Part shown: positions 28,020 through 37,026 of the stretch, piece by piece
How positions within the stretch are numbered: position 1 is the stretch's first letter
How the letters are laid out: each line of letters begins with the position of its first letter
Origin: a virus
Lineage: Duplodnaviria > Heunggongvirae > Uroviricota > Caudoviricetes
DNA length: 64,000 nt
IMG/VR virus record: IMGVR_UViG_3300032220_001761
Location: 1,134-65,133 of that record
Direction: 5' to 3' (one strand)
Translations under genes and position numbers: made by a program
The notes under the pieces: model-generated
What the model saw: only the letters and a program-made list of their open reading frames with translations
The model's database searches: none
Told to the model about the DNA's origin: nothing

Positions 28020-28471
28020 CACTAAAAGACAAAATTCAAAAAGAATTCGTTGAAGCTATGAAAGCTAAAAACGATGTTGCTAAATCTGCCCTTAGCGGAT
28101 TAAAGGCAAAAATTACAGAGGCTGAAAAGGCTAACGGAAACGTATCCCTTGGAGATCCAGAGGTTGTTAAAGTCGTAAGCTCCGCAATCAAACAAAGAAA
28201 GCAATCTGTTGATGCTTTTGAGCAAGCTGGAAGAACTGATCTAGCCAATAAAGAAAAAGGCGAGATTATAGTATTGGAAACATTCCTTCCTAAGCAAATG
28301 ACAGAGGACGAGATTGAAAAGGCCGTAAGAGAAATCATTGCAAATATGCCAGAAGTTGCTACCAATGCTAATGCTCTTCAAGGAAAAACAATGGGTGCTT
28401 TCAACAAAGCTTATTCAGGTCAAGCAGATTCTAAAGTTGTAATGGAGATCATTAAAAAAGTAACAACATGA
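28016..28471 (+). CDS. GatB/YqeY domain protein
   Basis: DKIQKEFVEAMKAKNDVAKSALSGLKAKI...QRKQSVDAFEQAGRTDLANKEKGEIIVLETFLP...ANALQGKTMGAFNKAYSGQADSKVV follows the YqeY/GatB C-terminal domain pattern. Confidence 0.65.
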   Translation: MTLKDKIQKEFVEAMKAKNDVAKSALSGLKAKITEAEKANGNVSLGDPEVVKVVSSAIKQRKQSVDAFEQAGRTDLANKEKGEIIVLETFLPKQMTEDEIEKAVREIIANMPEVATNANALQGKTMGAFNKAYSGQADSKVVMEIIKKVTT

Positions 28472-28692
28472 AACCTATAACAGCTAAAGAAGCTAGAGAA
28501 ATAACTGATGCTTATTCCGAAGCGGGAATGGACGATATTCTAAAAAATATCAGAGAAGGTGCTGCTGGTGGAAATGACCATTTAACAATGGACTACGTTT
28601 CAAAAGGTCAAAAAAAGGTTTTGGAATCTCTTGGATATGGTGTTAATTGGCATGACATGGGGAGAGATGGGTATTGGAAAATTTCATGGTAA
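28468..28692 (+). CDS. hypothetical small protein
   Basis: 74-aa ORF, 4-bp overlap. Confidence 0.4.
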   Translation: MKPITAKEAREITDAYSEAGMDDILKNIREGAAGGNDHLTMDYVSKGQKKVLESLGYGVNWHDMGRDGYWKISW

Positions 28693-28736
28693 AAACAAGA
28701 AAATATTAATCAATACTATTTACACTGGAGTGGATA

Positions 28737-28925
28737 ATGGATAAAAAATTAGAATCTGAGTACATCTATTGGGTAAAGAGGCTAAGGCTCGAAGACCTTC
28801 ATACAGAAATGCAAAATATAGAGTGGGGGATTCAAAATATAAAATCCGAAAAAACTTTAGAAAATGTCCTTGTCAAAAAAGGAATACTCGAAAAAGAATA
28901 CGAAACAAGAAATAACAAGAAATAA
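28737..28925 (+). CDS. hypothetical small protein
   Basis: 62-aa ORF. Confidence 0.3.
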   Translation: MDKKLESEYIYWVKRLRLEDLHTEMQNIEWGIQNIKSEKTLENVLVKKGILEKEYETRNNKK

Positions 28926-28926
28926 A

Positions 28927-29418
28927 ATGGAAAAAAATAGCAAATACTATTTCTTCTATAAAACAAGGCATCCATTTTCCAATTGGCATCCATGTTCATT
29001 TGAAGACAAAGAAGGAAATCAATACACTTGCTCAGAGCAATACATGATGGCTCAGAAAGCTTTACTCTTTGGAGATAAAGAAATATTTGAAGAAATCATG
29101 GACGAACCGGATCCAAAATTTCAAAAAGAATTGGGAAGGAAGGTTAAAGGGTTCGATTCTAAGATATGGAACGATAATGCGAAAAGAATAGTTTATGAAG
29201 GATGTAAGCTTAAATTTGAACAAAATGAAAAGTTACTAAAAGTATTACTTGATACAAAAGGAACTTTTCTAGTAGAGGCTTCTCCATATGATAGAATCTG
29301 GGGTATAGGTCTTGGAGAAGACGATCCAGCAATACACGATCCTGCTAATTGGAATGGATTGAATTGGCTAGGTGAAGTTCTTACCGACTTAAGAGATGAC
29401 ATAATTAATAATCAATAA
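28927..29418 (+). CDS. NADAR-domain (YbiA-like) N-glycosidase / ADP-ribosyl glycohydrolase
   Basis: FSNWHPCSF...YTCSEQYMMAQKALLFGD...LGRKVKGFD...KFEQNEKLLKVLLDTKGTFLVEASPYDRIWGIGL matches the NADAR/YbiA family. Start set to Met at 28927, immediately after the preceding stop. Confidence 0.65.
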   Translation: MEKNSKYYFFYKTRHPFSNWHPCSFEDKEGNQYTCSEQYMMAQKALLFGDKEIFEEIMDEPDPKFQKELGRKVKGFDSKIWNDNAKRIVYEGCKLKFEQNEKLLKVLLDTKGTFLVEASPYDRIWGIGLGEDDPAIHDPANWNGLNWLGEVLTDLRDDIINNQ

Positions 29419-29430
29419 AAACAAAACAAA

Positions 29431-30993
29431 ATGTTCAAACCAAACAGTTTATTCTACAGCGACGGCTATAAGATTGGCCACAAAAAAATGCTTGCTAAAG
29501 GAACTTCTCGTCTTTATGGTACATGGATTCCTAGAAGCATTAAGCATGCTCCTAAAGGTGTTAAGAAAATCCTTTCATTCGGACAACAACTTGCAATGAA
29601 ATGGCTTCATGATGAATTTTCAGAAAACTTTTTTAAACTATCCAAAGAAGATGCAATGCAATTCGGAAATGATATGTCATTGTATCTTGGTATGGATTAT
29701 GATGCTTCGCACTTTGAAGCTCTTCATGATCTAGGATATCTTCCAATTCGTGTAAAATCTTTACCAGAGGGGATCGAGACTTTACCAAATATCCCTCATA
29801 TGACATTCATTAACACTCTTGATGGATTTGCTTGGCTTACTCTTTATCTTGAAACTATCATTTCTTCACTTTCTTGGAAGCCTTCAACTTCGGCAACCAT
29901 TGCATTACAATACAAAAGAAACGTGGTTGAATGGGTAATGAAAACGGATCCAGCAAATTCTTTCCTCATTCCTTTTCTTTGCCATGATTTTTCTGCTAGG
30001 GGATTAAGTCCTTGGGATATGTTATCAAGCGGTCTAGGACACGCTACATCATTTCTAGGATCTGATACAATCATTTGTATCCCAGGAGCACGTTACTTCT
30101 ATAACGAGCCTAATGACCAAGTTGCAATCTACTCTGTAAATGCTTCTGAACACTCCGTATCGACAACTAAGATTTTTACAGTTGGTGAACAACAAATGAT
30201 AGCGGATTGGTTGGTAGATTTTCCTAAAGGTATCTTATCAATTGTATCTGATACTTTTGACCTTTGGAAGTTAATCACCGAGTACTTACCAGCAAATAAA
30301 GAAGCTATCATGGCTCGTGACGGTAAGTTAGTTATTCGTCCCGATTCTGGTGATCCTGTTGATATTATTTGTGGAATCAATACAAGGAATGATCCTGATA
30401 ATCGTTACGTTAAATTAGCTGGTACTCCTGAATACAAAGGAGTAATTGAATTACTTTGGGACATCTTCGGTGGCACAACCAATGAACAGGGTTACAAAGT
30501 ACTAGATCCTCATATCGGAGCAATCTATGGGGATTCAATTAATTTGGATCGTCAAATTCAAATCTATGAAAGATTGGAAGCTAAAGGTTTTGCTGCAACT
30601 AACATTGTTTTAGGAGTAGGATCTTTTACGTACCAAATGAACACTAGAGATACTTTTGGTTTTGCAGCTAAAGGAGCTTGGTTCGAGGTTAAAGAAGAGA
30701 TTGGTCAAACAGTTGATACATTACAGCCAATTTACAAATACACTGGATTTGATATTTTTAAGGATCCTGTAACAGATGATGGTACTAAAAAATCTCTAAA
30801 AGGTATGGTTGCTGTATTTGAAAATGACGGAGACCATTATGTTAAGATTCAATGTACACAGGAAGAAGAGGAAACAGGATTACTACAAGTTATCTATGAA
30901 AATGGTAATTTTTATAACCAATCTTCATTAACTGAGATTAGAGCAAAAATCAATGAGCTTTGTAACGAAAAAGTTCTTGAAACAGAAATTTAA
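29431..30993 (+). CDS. nicotinamide phosphoribosyltransferase (NAMPT/NadV) family protein. Candidate nicotinamide-ADPR transferase (Namat)
   Basis: N-terminal SDGYKIGHKKM...GTSRLYGTWIPRS (TDSYK..H...YP.T...ys.R) and overall 520-aa NAMPT-like length. Confidence 0.8.
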   Translation: MFKPNSLFYSDGYKIGHKKMLAKGTSRLYGTWIPRSIKHAPKGVKKILSFGQQLAMKWLHDEFSENFFKLSKEDAMQFGNDMSLYLGMDYDASHFEALHDLGYLPIRVKSLPEGIETLPNIPHMTFINTLDGFAWLTLYLETIISSLSWKPSTSATIALQYKRNVVEWVMKTDPANSFLIPFLCHDFSARGLSPWDMLSSGLGHATSFLGSDTIICIPGARYFYNEPNDQVAIYSVNASEHSVSTTKIFTVGEQQMIADWLVDFPKGILSIVSDTFDLWKLITEYLPANKEAIMARDGKLVIRPDSGDPVDIICGINTRNDPDNRYVKLAGTPEYKGVIELLWDIFGGTTNEQGYKVLDPHIGAIYGDSINLDRQIQIYERLEAKGFAATNIVLGVGSFTYQMNTRDTFGFAAKGAWFEVKEEIGQTVDTLQPIYKYTGFDIFKDPVTDDGTKKSLKGMVAVFENDGDHYVKIQCTQEEEETGLLQVIYENGNFYNQSSLTEIRAKINELCNEKVLETEI

Positions 30994-31005
30994 TAAGTAT
31001 TGAAT

Positions 31006-31043
31006 CCTCTGCTGTAAATCCCCAACGGCAGAGGGTTTATTTT
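31006..31043 (+). terminator. rho-independent terminator after the NAMPT-like gene
   Basis: CCTCTGC...GCAGAGG stem followed by GTTTATTTT. Confidence 0.6.
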
Positions 31044-31075
31044 AAAGGGGTTTAATTTTTTTCAAATAAACAAAA

Positions 31076-32935
31076 ATGTTAGAAACAGTAATTCAGTATT
31101 GGTGGACAATTATTCCACTGTTAGCAATTGTATTCTACAAGTTTACATTGCGTGTATTTTTCGGGATGGTAATTATCCCGGAAGATAAAATCGGTTTGGT
31201 AACCAAAAAATTCGTTCTCTTCGGAGCAAACAAACAATTACCAGACGGAAAAATTATTGCTCTCAACGGAGAAGCAGGTTATCAAGCAAATGCTTTAGCT
31301 CCTGGTTTATACTGGGGTTACTGGGTTTGGCAGTTCTCTGTAGATCAAGCGGATCTTACAGTCATTCCTAAAGGGAAAATTGGTTTGTTGTCAGCAAAGG
31401 ACGGAACGCAACTTCCTACTGGTGCTATCCTTGCACGTCACGTAGAATGTGACAACTTCCAGGATACAGTTGCTTTCCTAAACAACAAGGGACAAAGAGG
31501 TAAACAGGTCGGTTATCTAAACAACGGGGTTTACCGTATTAATACATTCCTATTTGATATAGCAATTGCGGATATCACTTATATAGAAGACGGAATGGTT
31601 GGTGTTGTAACTACATTGGATGGAACACCATTAGATCAAGGAAACATTGCTGGTAAAGTTATTCCAGGACACAACAATTTCCAGGATTTTGATAAATTCT
31701 TAAGCAGTGGCGGACAACGTGGTCTACAAGAACAAGTAATTCAAGCTGGTAACTATTCTCTTAATCCTTGGGCAGTTGAGGTTGAAAAAGTTCCAATGAC
31801 AGAAATCGCTATTGGACACGTAGGTGTGGTAATTTCATATGTTGGGGACAAAGGCGAAGATTTAACTGGATCTGGCTTCAAGCATGGTAATATTGTTAGA
31901 GAAGGACAAAAAGGTGTATGTATTACTCCTTTCGATCCTGGTAAATATGCGGTTAACCCTTACACACATAAAATTGAAAGAGTCCCAACAACAAACCTTG
32001 TATTGAACTGGGCAAACGCAAGAACAGAATCGCATAACTTAGATAAGAGTTTAAGTACGATCACTGTTCGTTCAAAAGACGGCTTCCCGTTTAATCTTGA
32101 TGTATCCCAAATTATTCACATTCCTTCTACGGAAGCTCCGAAGGTGATTGCACGATTTGGATCTATGCAAAACTTGGTATCTCAAGTATTAGAGCCAACT
32201 ATCGGTAACTACTTCCGTAACTCTGCTCAAGGCTCAGATGTTATTGCTTTCTTAGCTACCCGACAAGATCGTCAAAATGCAGCTAAAGAAGCTATCAGTA
32301 AGGTTTTAGAGGAATACAACGTTCATGCGGTTGATACACTTATAGGTGATATAGTTCCACCTGATTCTCTAATGAAGACCTTAACCGACCGTAAGATTGC
32401 ACAGGAAGAAGAGGTAACTTTCGAAACACAGCGTAAAGCACAAGACCAACGTAAGACACTAGAGTCTGCTAAGGCTCTTGCTGATATGCAAGGTAAAATG
32501 GTAGCTGCACAACAATCAGTTGAAATCTCACAACGTGAAGCAGAAGCAGCAGTTAAGAAATCAGAAGGGGAAGCGAAAGCATTAGAACTTAAAGCTGGTG
32601 CTCAGGCAAAAGCTAAAAAGCTAATGGCTGAAGCTGATGCTGCTCAGATTAAATTAACAGGTGAAGCTGAAGCATCAAAAATTGCAGCAATTGGTAAATC
32701 TACAGCGGAAGCTTACGAGAAACAGGTTAAAGCAATGGGTGCAGATAACTTCGGTAAATTAAAAGTTACTGAGATGATAGGTACAAACGGAATCAAGATC
32801 ATTCCTGAGATTCTAATCTCTGGCAACGGAGATTCATCTCCGATTAATGGACTTTTAGGGATGGAACTTCTTAAGCAAATTCAAGAAAAGAAAGAAAAAT
32901 CTGGAAACATTAATGAGGGTAAGGTGATAGAATAA
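31076..32935 (+). CDS. flotillin/SPFH-family membrane protein (YqiK-like)
   Basis: N-terminal TM helix. Internally duplicated NFQD...GQRG.Q repeats. Ala/Glu/Lys-rich C-terminal coiled-coil region (AKALELKAGAQAKAKKLMAEADAAQIKLTGEAEASKIAAIGKSTAEAYEKQ) typical of bacterial flotillins. Confidence 0.65.
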   Translation: MLETVIQYWWTIIPLLAIVFYKFTLRVFFGMVIIPEDKIGLVTKKFVLFGANKQLPDGKIIALNGEAGYQANALAPGLYWGYWVWQFSVDQADLTVIPKGKIGLLSAKDGTQLPTGAILARHVECDNFQDTVAFLNNKGQRGKQVGYLNNGVYRINTFLFDIAIADITYIEDGMVGVVTTLDGTPLDQGNIAGKVIPGHNNFQDFDKFLSSGGQRGLQEQVIQAGNYSLNPWAVEVEKVPMTEIAIGHVGVVISYVGDKGEDLTGSGFKHGNIVREGQKGVCITPFDPGKYAVNPYTHKIERVPTTNLVLNWANARTESHNLDKSLSTITVRSKDGFPFNLDVSQIIHIPSTEAPKVIARFGSMQNLVSQVLEPTIGNYFRNSAQGSDVIAFLATRQDRQNAAKEAISKVLEEYNVHAVDTLIGDIVPPDSLMKTLTDRKIAQEEEVTFETQRKAQDQRKTLESAKALADMQGKMVAAQQSVEISQREAEAAVKKSEGEAKALELKAGAQAKAKKLMAEADAAQIKLTGEAEASKIAAIGKSTAEAYEKQVKAMGADNFGKLKVTEMIGTNGIKIIPEILISGNGDSSPINGLLGMELLKQIQEKKEKSGNINEGKVIE

Positions 32936-32938
32936 AGG

Positions 32939-33415
32939 ATGAAATTACAAGTCCTTAAACCAACTGACGGTGACTCTGTAAAAAACAGAGTCACCGTTTT
33001 TCTTGCAGGATCTATTGAGATGGGTGCTGCAGAAGATTGGCAAACAAAATTAGCCAACGATTTACAAGACATCCCGGTAACACTTTTTAACCCAAGAAGA
33101 GATTCTTGGGATTCTTCATGGGAGCAAAGAATGTCTAATCCAGAGTTCAGATACCAGGTAAACTGGGAGATGAACATGCTAGAATCTTCCGATATAATAT
33201 TTCTTTATCTTTCTCCGGAAACTAAATCCCCTATTTCACTACATGAATTAGGACTTCATGCTGACAGTGGAAAAATGATAGTTTGTTGTCCCGATGGATT
33301 TTGGAGAAAGGGAAACGTTGAAATAACTTGTGCTAGACACGGTATTCCTTTATACAACGATATAAACCATGCAAAGGATGCTTTAATCACGCTAATAAGC
33401 TCTAAAACAATATAA
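32939..33415 (+). CDS. nucleoside 2-deoxyribosyltransferase-like / DNPH1-like N-glycoside hydrolase fold protein
   Basis: VFLAGSIE (iYlAGP-type start), ...SLHELGLHADSGKMIV (catalytic-Glu ELG motif of the NDT/DNPH1 family). 3 bp after the flotillin stop. Confidence 0.5.
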   Translation: MKLQVLKPTDGDSVKNRVTVFLAGSIEMGAAEDWQTKLANDLQDIPVTLFNPRRDSWDSSWEQRMSNPEFRYQVNWEMNMLESSDIIFLYLSPETKSPISLHELGLHADSGKMIVCCPDGFWRKGNVEITCARHGIPLYNDINHAKDALITLISSKTI

Positions 33416-33416
33416 A

Positions 33417-34343
33417 ATGAATGATTTAAAATTTTTGAATACTGCCTTCGTAATAAAAAAGGACAGTAAAACAGGTGGGAACGGAACTATTACCTATATG
33501 GATTTAGAAATGTCACCATCTTCCGACAGGGTTGAAACCTGGGGACTTACAGAAGCAGGGGAAGCCCCACACGAACTTAGAATGGTTACTAGATCTAAAT
33601 TTTTTGAGCTTCAAAGATTTCAGGTAAAGTCGACATACCCTTCAGAACTTATATCTGATCTTAATTATTACCACGGAGTAGATGGTAATTCTATGATTGA
33701 TGAGGCATTGAATAATGAGATGGATCAATCTCTCATTAAAAATCTATACAAAAAATACAGTGAGATTGGAGAAATAACAAGGGTATCCCAATATACAAAA
33801 TGGCAAAAGTTCATTCTTAAAATCTCCCCTAAAATGATTTTTACCAATTATATTAAAGAGGATAGAAATGGATCTGAAATGCTCTATAATAAGATTGTGG
33901 TAGAAGCTAATAAGATAGCATCTAGAACAAGAATAAAACCAGGAGATTTTATTGTATGTGGTTCACTAGTAGGGTCTTTATTACAGGATCACCCAGGATT
34001 TTCATTCGAGTCATTAAATAACTCGATCTCTATGAAAACACCTAGCATAGACTATGTTGGAAACATTGCAGGAAGAATAGCTGTTTATGTTAATGCAAAT
34101 GAAAAGTTTAGTGATGGATGGGTAATTATAGGCAGAAAAACAAACACACATGAAACTGGTGTCTATTTTATTTATGAGGACAGAGAAAAAATTCAACTAG
34201 CGGATATAGATCCATCAAAAAATAAATTTGGTATAACACAAAGAGCTGCAATAGTTGATACCCACGGGGCAGAAAAATCATTTTCAAAAATACACTTCAC
34301 AGTGGGTAAAAAACCATTCTGGAAAAAACTTTTTAATATTTAA
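33417..34343 (+). CDS. hypothetical protein
   Basis: 308-aa ORF, 1 bp after the upstream stop. Confidence 0.5.
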   Translation: MNDLKFLNTAFVIKKDSKTGGNGTITYMDLEMSPSSDRVETWGLTEAGEAPHELRMVTRSKFFELQRFQVKSTYPSELISDLNYYHGVDGNSMIDEALNNEMDQSLIKNLYKKYSEIGEITRVSQYTKWQKFILKISPKMIFTNYIKEDRNGSEMLYNKIVVEANKIASRTRIKPGDFIVCGSLVGSLLQDHPGFSFESLNNSISMKTPSIDYVGNIAGRIAVYVNANEKFSDGWVIIGRKTNTHETGVYFIYEDREKIQLADIDPSKNKFGITQRAAIVDTHGAEKSFSKIHFTVGKKPFWKKLFNI

Positions 34344-34351
34344 AAAAATCC

Positions 34352-35845
34352 ATGGCTATCTTAGGAGATATTAAATATATCGACATGGATATTAATGATC
34401 CATTAGAATTTAAAGAATTCCCAGGGAGAATAGTTTTAGTTACTTCTTTTTTAGATATAGGGAGAGGAAACTGGAAGGATTATTCAAGAAATGCAGATAC
34501 CTATATAAGATCTTTTTTGAATTATCTAGATTATGAGTATGAGATGATAATATTCATAGACGAGAGATACCATAGTGAAATAGTCGGGTATTACAATGAA
34601 TCTAAGTATAAAAATAAAACGATAATCCCAATTAATAAGGATTGGTGCAATGAAAATTTAGATTCGTGGAAAAAGTTAAATTCCTATAATAACATAATGT
34701 CATCAGATTACTATAAAGGAATTGTAGGGCATAGGATAACATCAGGGTCTCCAGAAAATATATCACCAGAGTATAACATTATAAATCATTCAAAGATAGA
34801 TTTTTTAAAGTATTGTATAGATAACAGATTATCAGAATCTGATTTTTTCTGCTGGACTGATTTTGGATACTTCAATGCAATACTCCAAAATAATAATGAT
34901 TACTATCCTAAATCTATTTTAAGCAACAAGAAATTTAATTACGACAAGATAAGTTTTTTTCTTAGAAACAAAATAGAGGAGGTAGATGCAGATACTATCT
35001 ACACTCTAATAAATTCACCAGAGAAATTTACTGGATCATTTTGGGGTGGAAATACAAAAAATATAAATGCTCTTCATAGTTTATATCATGAATCTTTAGA
35101 TGAAATGATGGAGCAAAATATAGCTGACGACGATCAGCATGTATACCTAAAATGTTTTTTAAAAAATCCAGGAATTTTCCAACTGTACTTATCTAATAAA
35201 GAATGGCCAAAAGCTCTTAAATACATGGAGGACAAAAAATATTATACAGGGAAGAAATTTTTTGATTGCGGAACTCACTTTTTTGAAGGATTTGAGAAAT
35301 TCGCTAAAATGTATAATATTGATGATAAATGGAAATGCTATTGTTTCGAAGCTAATCCTATCACTTATTCGATGTCAATAAAAAAGATGAAAGAATTAAT
35401 AGGTGTGGGGCACAATATAGATTATTTCAATTTAGCAGTTACTAATAAAAACACAGAAATCAAAATAAACTGTGCATTAGATTCAGGATCTTTTACAAAT
35501 CAAGGATCAAATATATTAGATTCCCCGCCAGATAGAGACATAGTATATGGGGGTGTTTTTAATTATAACAGCGATTCTTTTTATGTTAGAGGATTAATAT
35601 TCTCAGACTTTCTAAAACAAACTGTAAATGAAGGAGATTTTGTTGTAATTAAAATGGACATAGAGGGATCTGAATTTGATGTTATGGATTCACTAATTGA
35701 AACTGGAACATTCAAACTTATAAGCCAGATTTATGTAGAATATCACGAAAGATTTTTTGAAGATGTTGAAGCTTATAGTGAGAAGAAAAAATCATACGAA
35801 AGAATATTCAAAGAACACAATATAGCAATAAAAGAATGGGAATAG
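34352..35845 (+). CDS. two-domain protein: N-terminal putative glycan-modifying domain plus C-terminal FkbM-family methyltransferase domain
   Basis: C-terminal FkbM blocks FDCGTHFFEGF...YCFEANPITY...NLAV...GDFVVIKMDIEGSEFDVM...IYVEYHE. Confidence 0.5.
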   Translation: MAILGDIKYIDMDINDPLEFKEFPGRIVLVTSFLDIGRGNWKDYSRNADTYIRSFLNYLDYEYEMIIFIDERYHSEIVGYYNESKYKNKTIIPINKDWCNENLDSWKKLNSYNNIMSSDYYKGIVGHRITSGSPENISPEYNIINHSKIDFLKYCIDNRLSESDFFCWTDFGYFNAILQNNNDYYPKSILSNKKFNYDKISFFLRNKIEEVDADTIYTLINSPEKFTGSFWGGNTKNINALHSLYHESLDEMMEQNIADDDQHVYLKCFLKNPGIFQLYLSNKEWPKALKYMEDKKYYTGKKFFDCGTHFFEGFEKFAKMYNIDDKWKCYCFEANPITYSMSIKKMKELIGVGHNIDYFNLAVTNKNTEIKINCALDSGSFTNQGSNILDSPPDRDIVYGGVFNYNSDSFYVRGLIFSDFLKQTVNEGDFVVIKMDIEGSEFDVMDSLIETGTFKLISQIYVEYHERFFEDVEAYSEKKKSYERIFKEHNIAIKEWE

Positions 35846-36420
35846 GAGAGCTTCACAGTCTAGGGATAAGATATGGAACTGACAAGGCAACATATCACGA
35901 TTATCTTAATTTTTACGAAAATAATATAGGTCATTTAAAAAACGAAAGGATTAATATTATGGAAATAGGATTTCTGCACGGGAATTCTATAAAAATGTGG
36001 CTAGATTACTTTACAAATGCTAGAATATATTGCTTAGATATTATAGATTGCTCTTTTACTCACGAAAGATTTCACTATATTAAGATATCACAGGATAATC
36101 CTATTTTAGATAATATTTTTCCAGATTCTTTTTTCGACTTAATTATAGATGATGGTAGTCATATGACATCACATCAGATAAAATCTTTAGAGATATTATG
36201 GAAAAAAGTAAAATCTCCAGGATTTTACATATTAGAGGATTTACATACATCATTTTCTAAGGAGTATGTTGATACTGAAATAACAGCATATGAAATAATA
36301 AATGGGGAGAAATCTATACAATCTATTTCTCCTATCATGGAAGAAACATCTTCTATTGAAATATTTAGAAAAAATCACGGGGTTGGTTCTAATAGTTTAA
36401 CCTCAATCTTAAAAAAATAA
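35836..36420 (+). CDS. SAM-dependent methyltransferase (CmcI/TylF-like)
   Basis: YGTDKATYHDYLNFY N-terminal motif and MEIGFLHGNSIKMW...ARIYCLDI SAM-binding region. Confidence 0.45.
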   Translation: MGIGELHSLGIRYGTDKATYHDYLNFYENNIGHLKNERINIMEIGFLHGNSIKMWLDYFTNARIYCLDIIDCSFTHERFHYIKISQDNPILDNIFPDSFFDLIIDDGSHMTSHQIKSLEILWKKVKSPGFYILEDLHTSFSKEYVDTEITAYEIINGEKSIQSISPIMEETSSIEIFRKNHGVGSNSLTSILKK

Positions 36421-36426
36421 AAAATT

Positions 36427-37008
36427 ATGGCGGTTTCCAGAAAAACATTTAGAATTTGCGAAAATTATTTCGTCTCTGGTAAAAAAATAGCTGAATTGGG
36501 ATCACAATTTGTTGTCGGTGAAGAATGGGGATCTTATGGTCCTCCATATTTTAAAGATGTTTTCAAACATCTTGACATAACATCATTTGATTACAATGGA
36601 GAGAATGGAGCAATAAAAGTAGATCTTTCCATTCCTATAGGCGAAGAATACAAAAATCAGTATGACATAGTCACTAATTTTGGAACAACAGAACATGTTT
36701 CAAATCAGCACACATGTTGGAAAAATATTTTTGATATGCTAAAACCTGATGGCTTAGTCATTAGCGAGATACCAAGAAAAAATAATTGGCCAAACCATTG
36801 TAAATACTATTATGACGAAGTTAGTTTTAATTCACTGTCGGATGATTTTATAATAATGGAAATCTCCAATATATTCTATGATGGACAAGGAGATTTAATC
36901 TATACGGTTTTAAGAAAAAAACATGATGGTGAATTTAAAACTACCACATACAATCTAATGAATTCTGTACAGGTTGATCAATATTTTGTAGACCCACAAG
37001 GACATTAA
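36427..37008 (+). CDS. hypothetical protein (possibly another methyltransferase-fold protein)
   Basis: 193-aa ORF, KKIAELGSQ.. weakly SAM-motif-like. Confidence 0.4.
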   Translation: MAVSRKTFRICENYFVSGKKIAELGSQFVVGEEWGSYGPPYFKDVFKHLDITSFDYNGENGAIKVDLSIPIGEEYKNQYDIVTNFGTTEHVSNQHTCWKNIFDMLKPDGLVISEIPRKNNWPNHCKYYYDEVSFNSLSDDFIIMEISNIFYDGQGDLIYTVLRKKHDGEFKTTTYNLMNSVQVDQYFVDPQGH

Positions 37009-37026
37009 AAATAAAAAAATAAAAAA

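Noticed and set aside
36427-37008. Third methyltransferase call in the glycan island
   Set aside because: Only a weak SAM-motif-like stretch (KKIAELGSQ). Kept as hypothetical.
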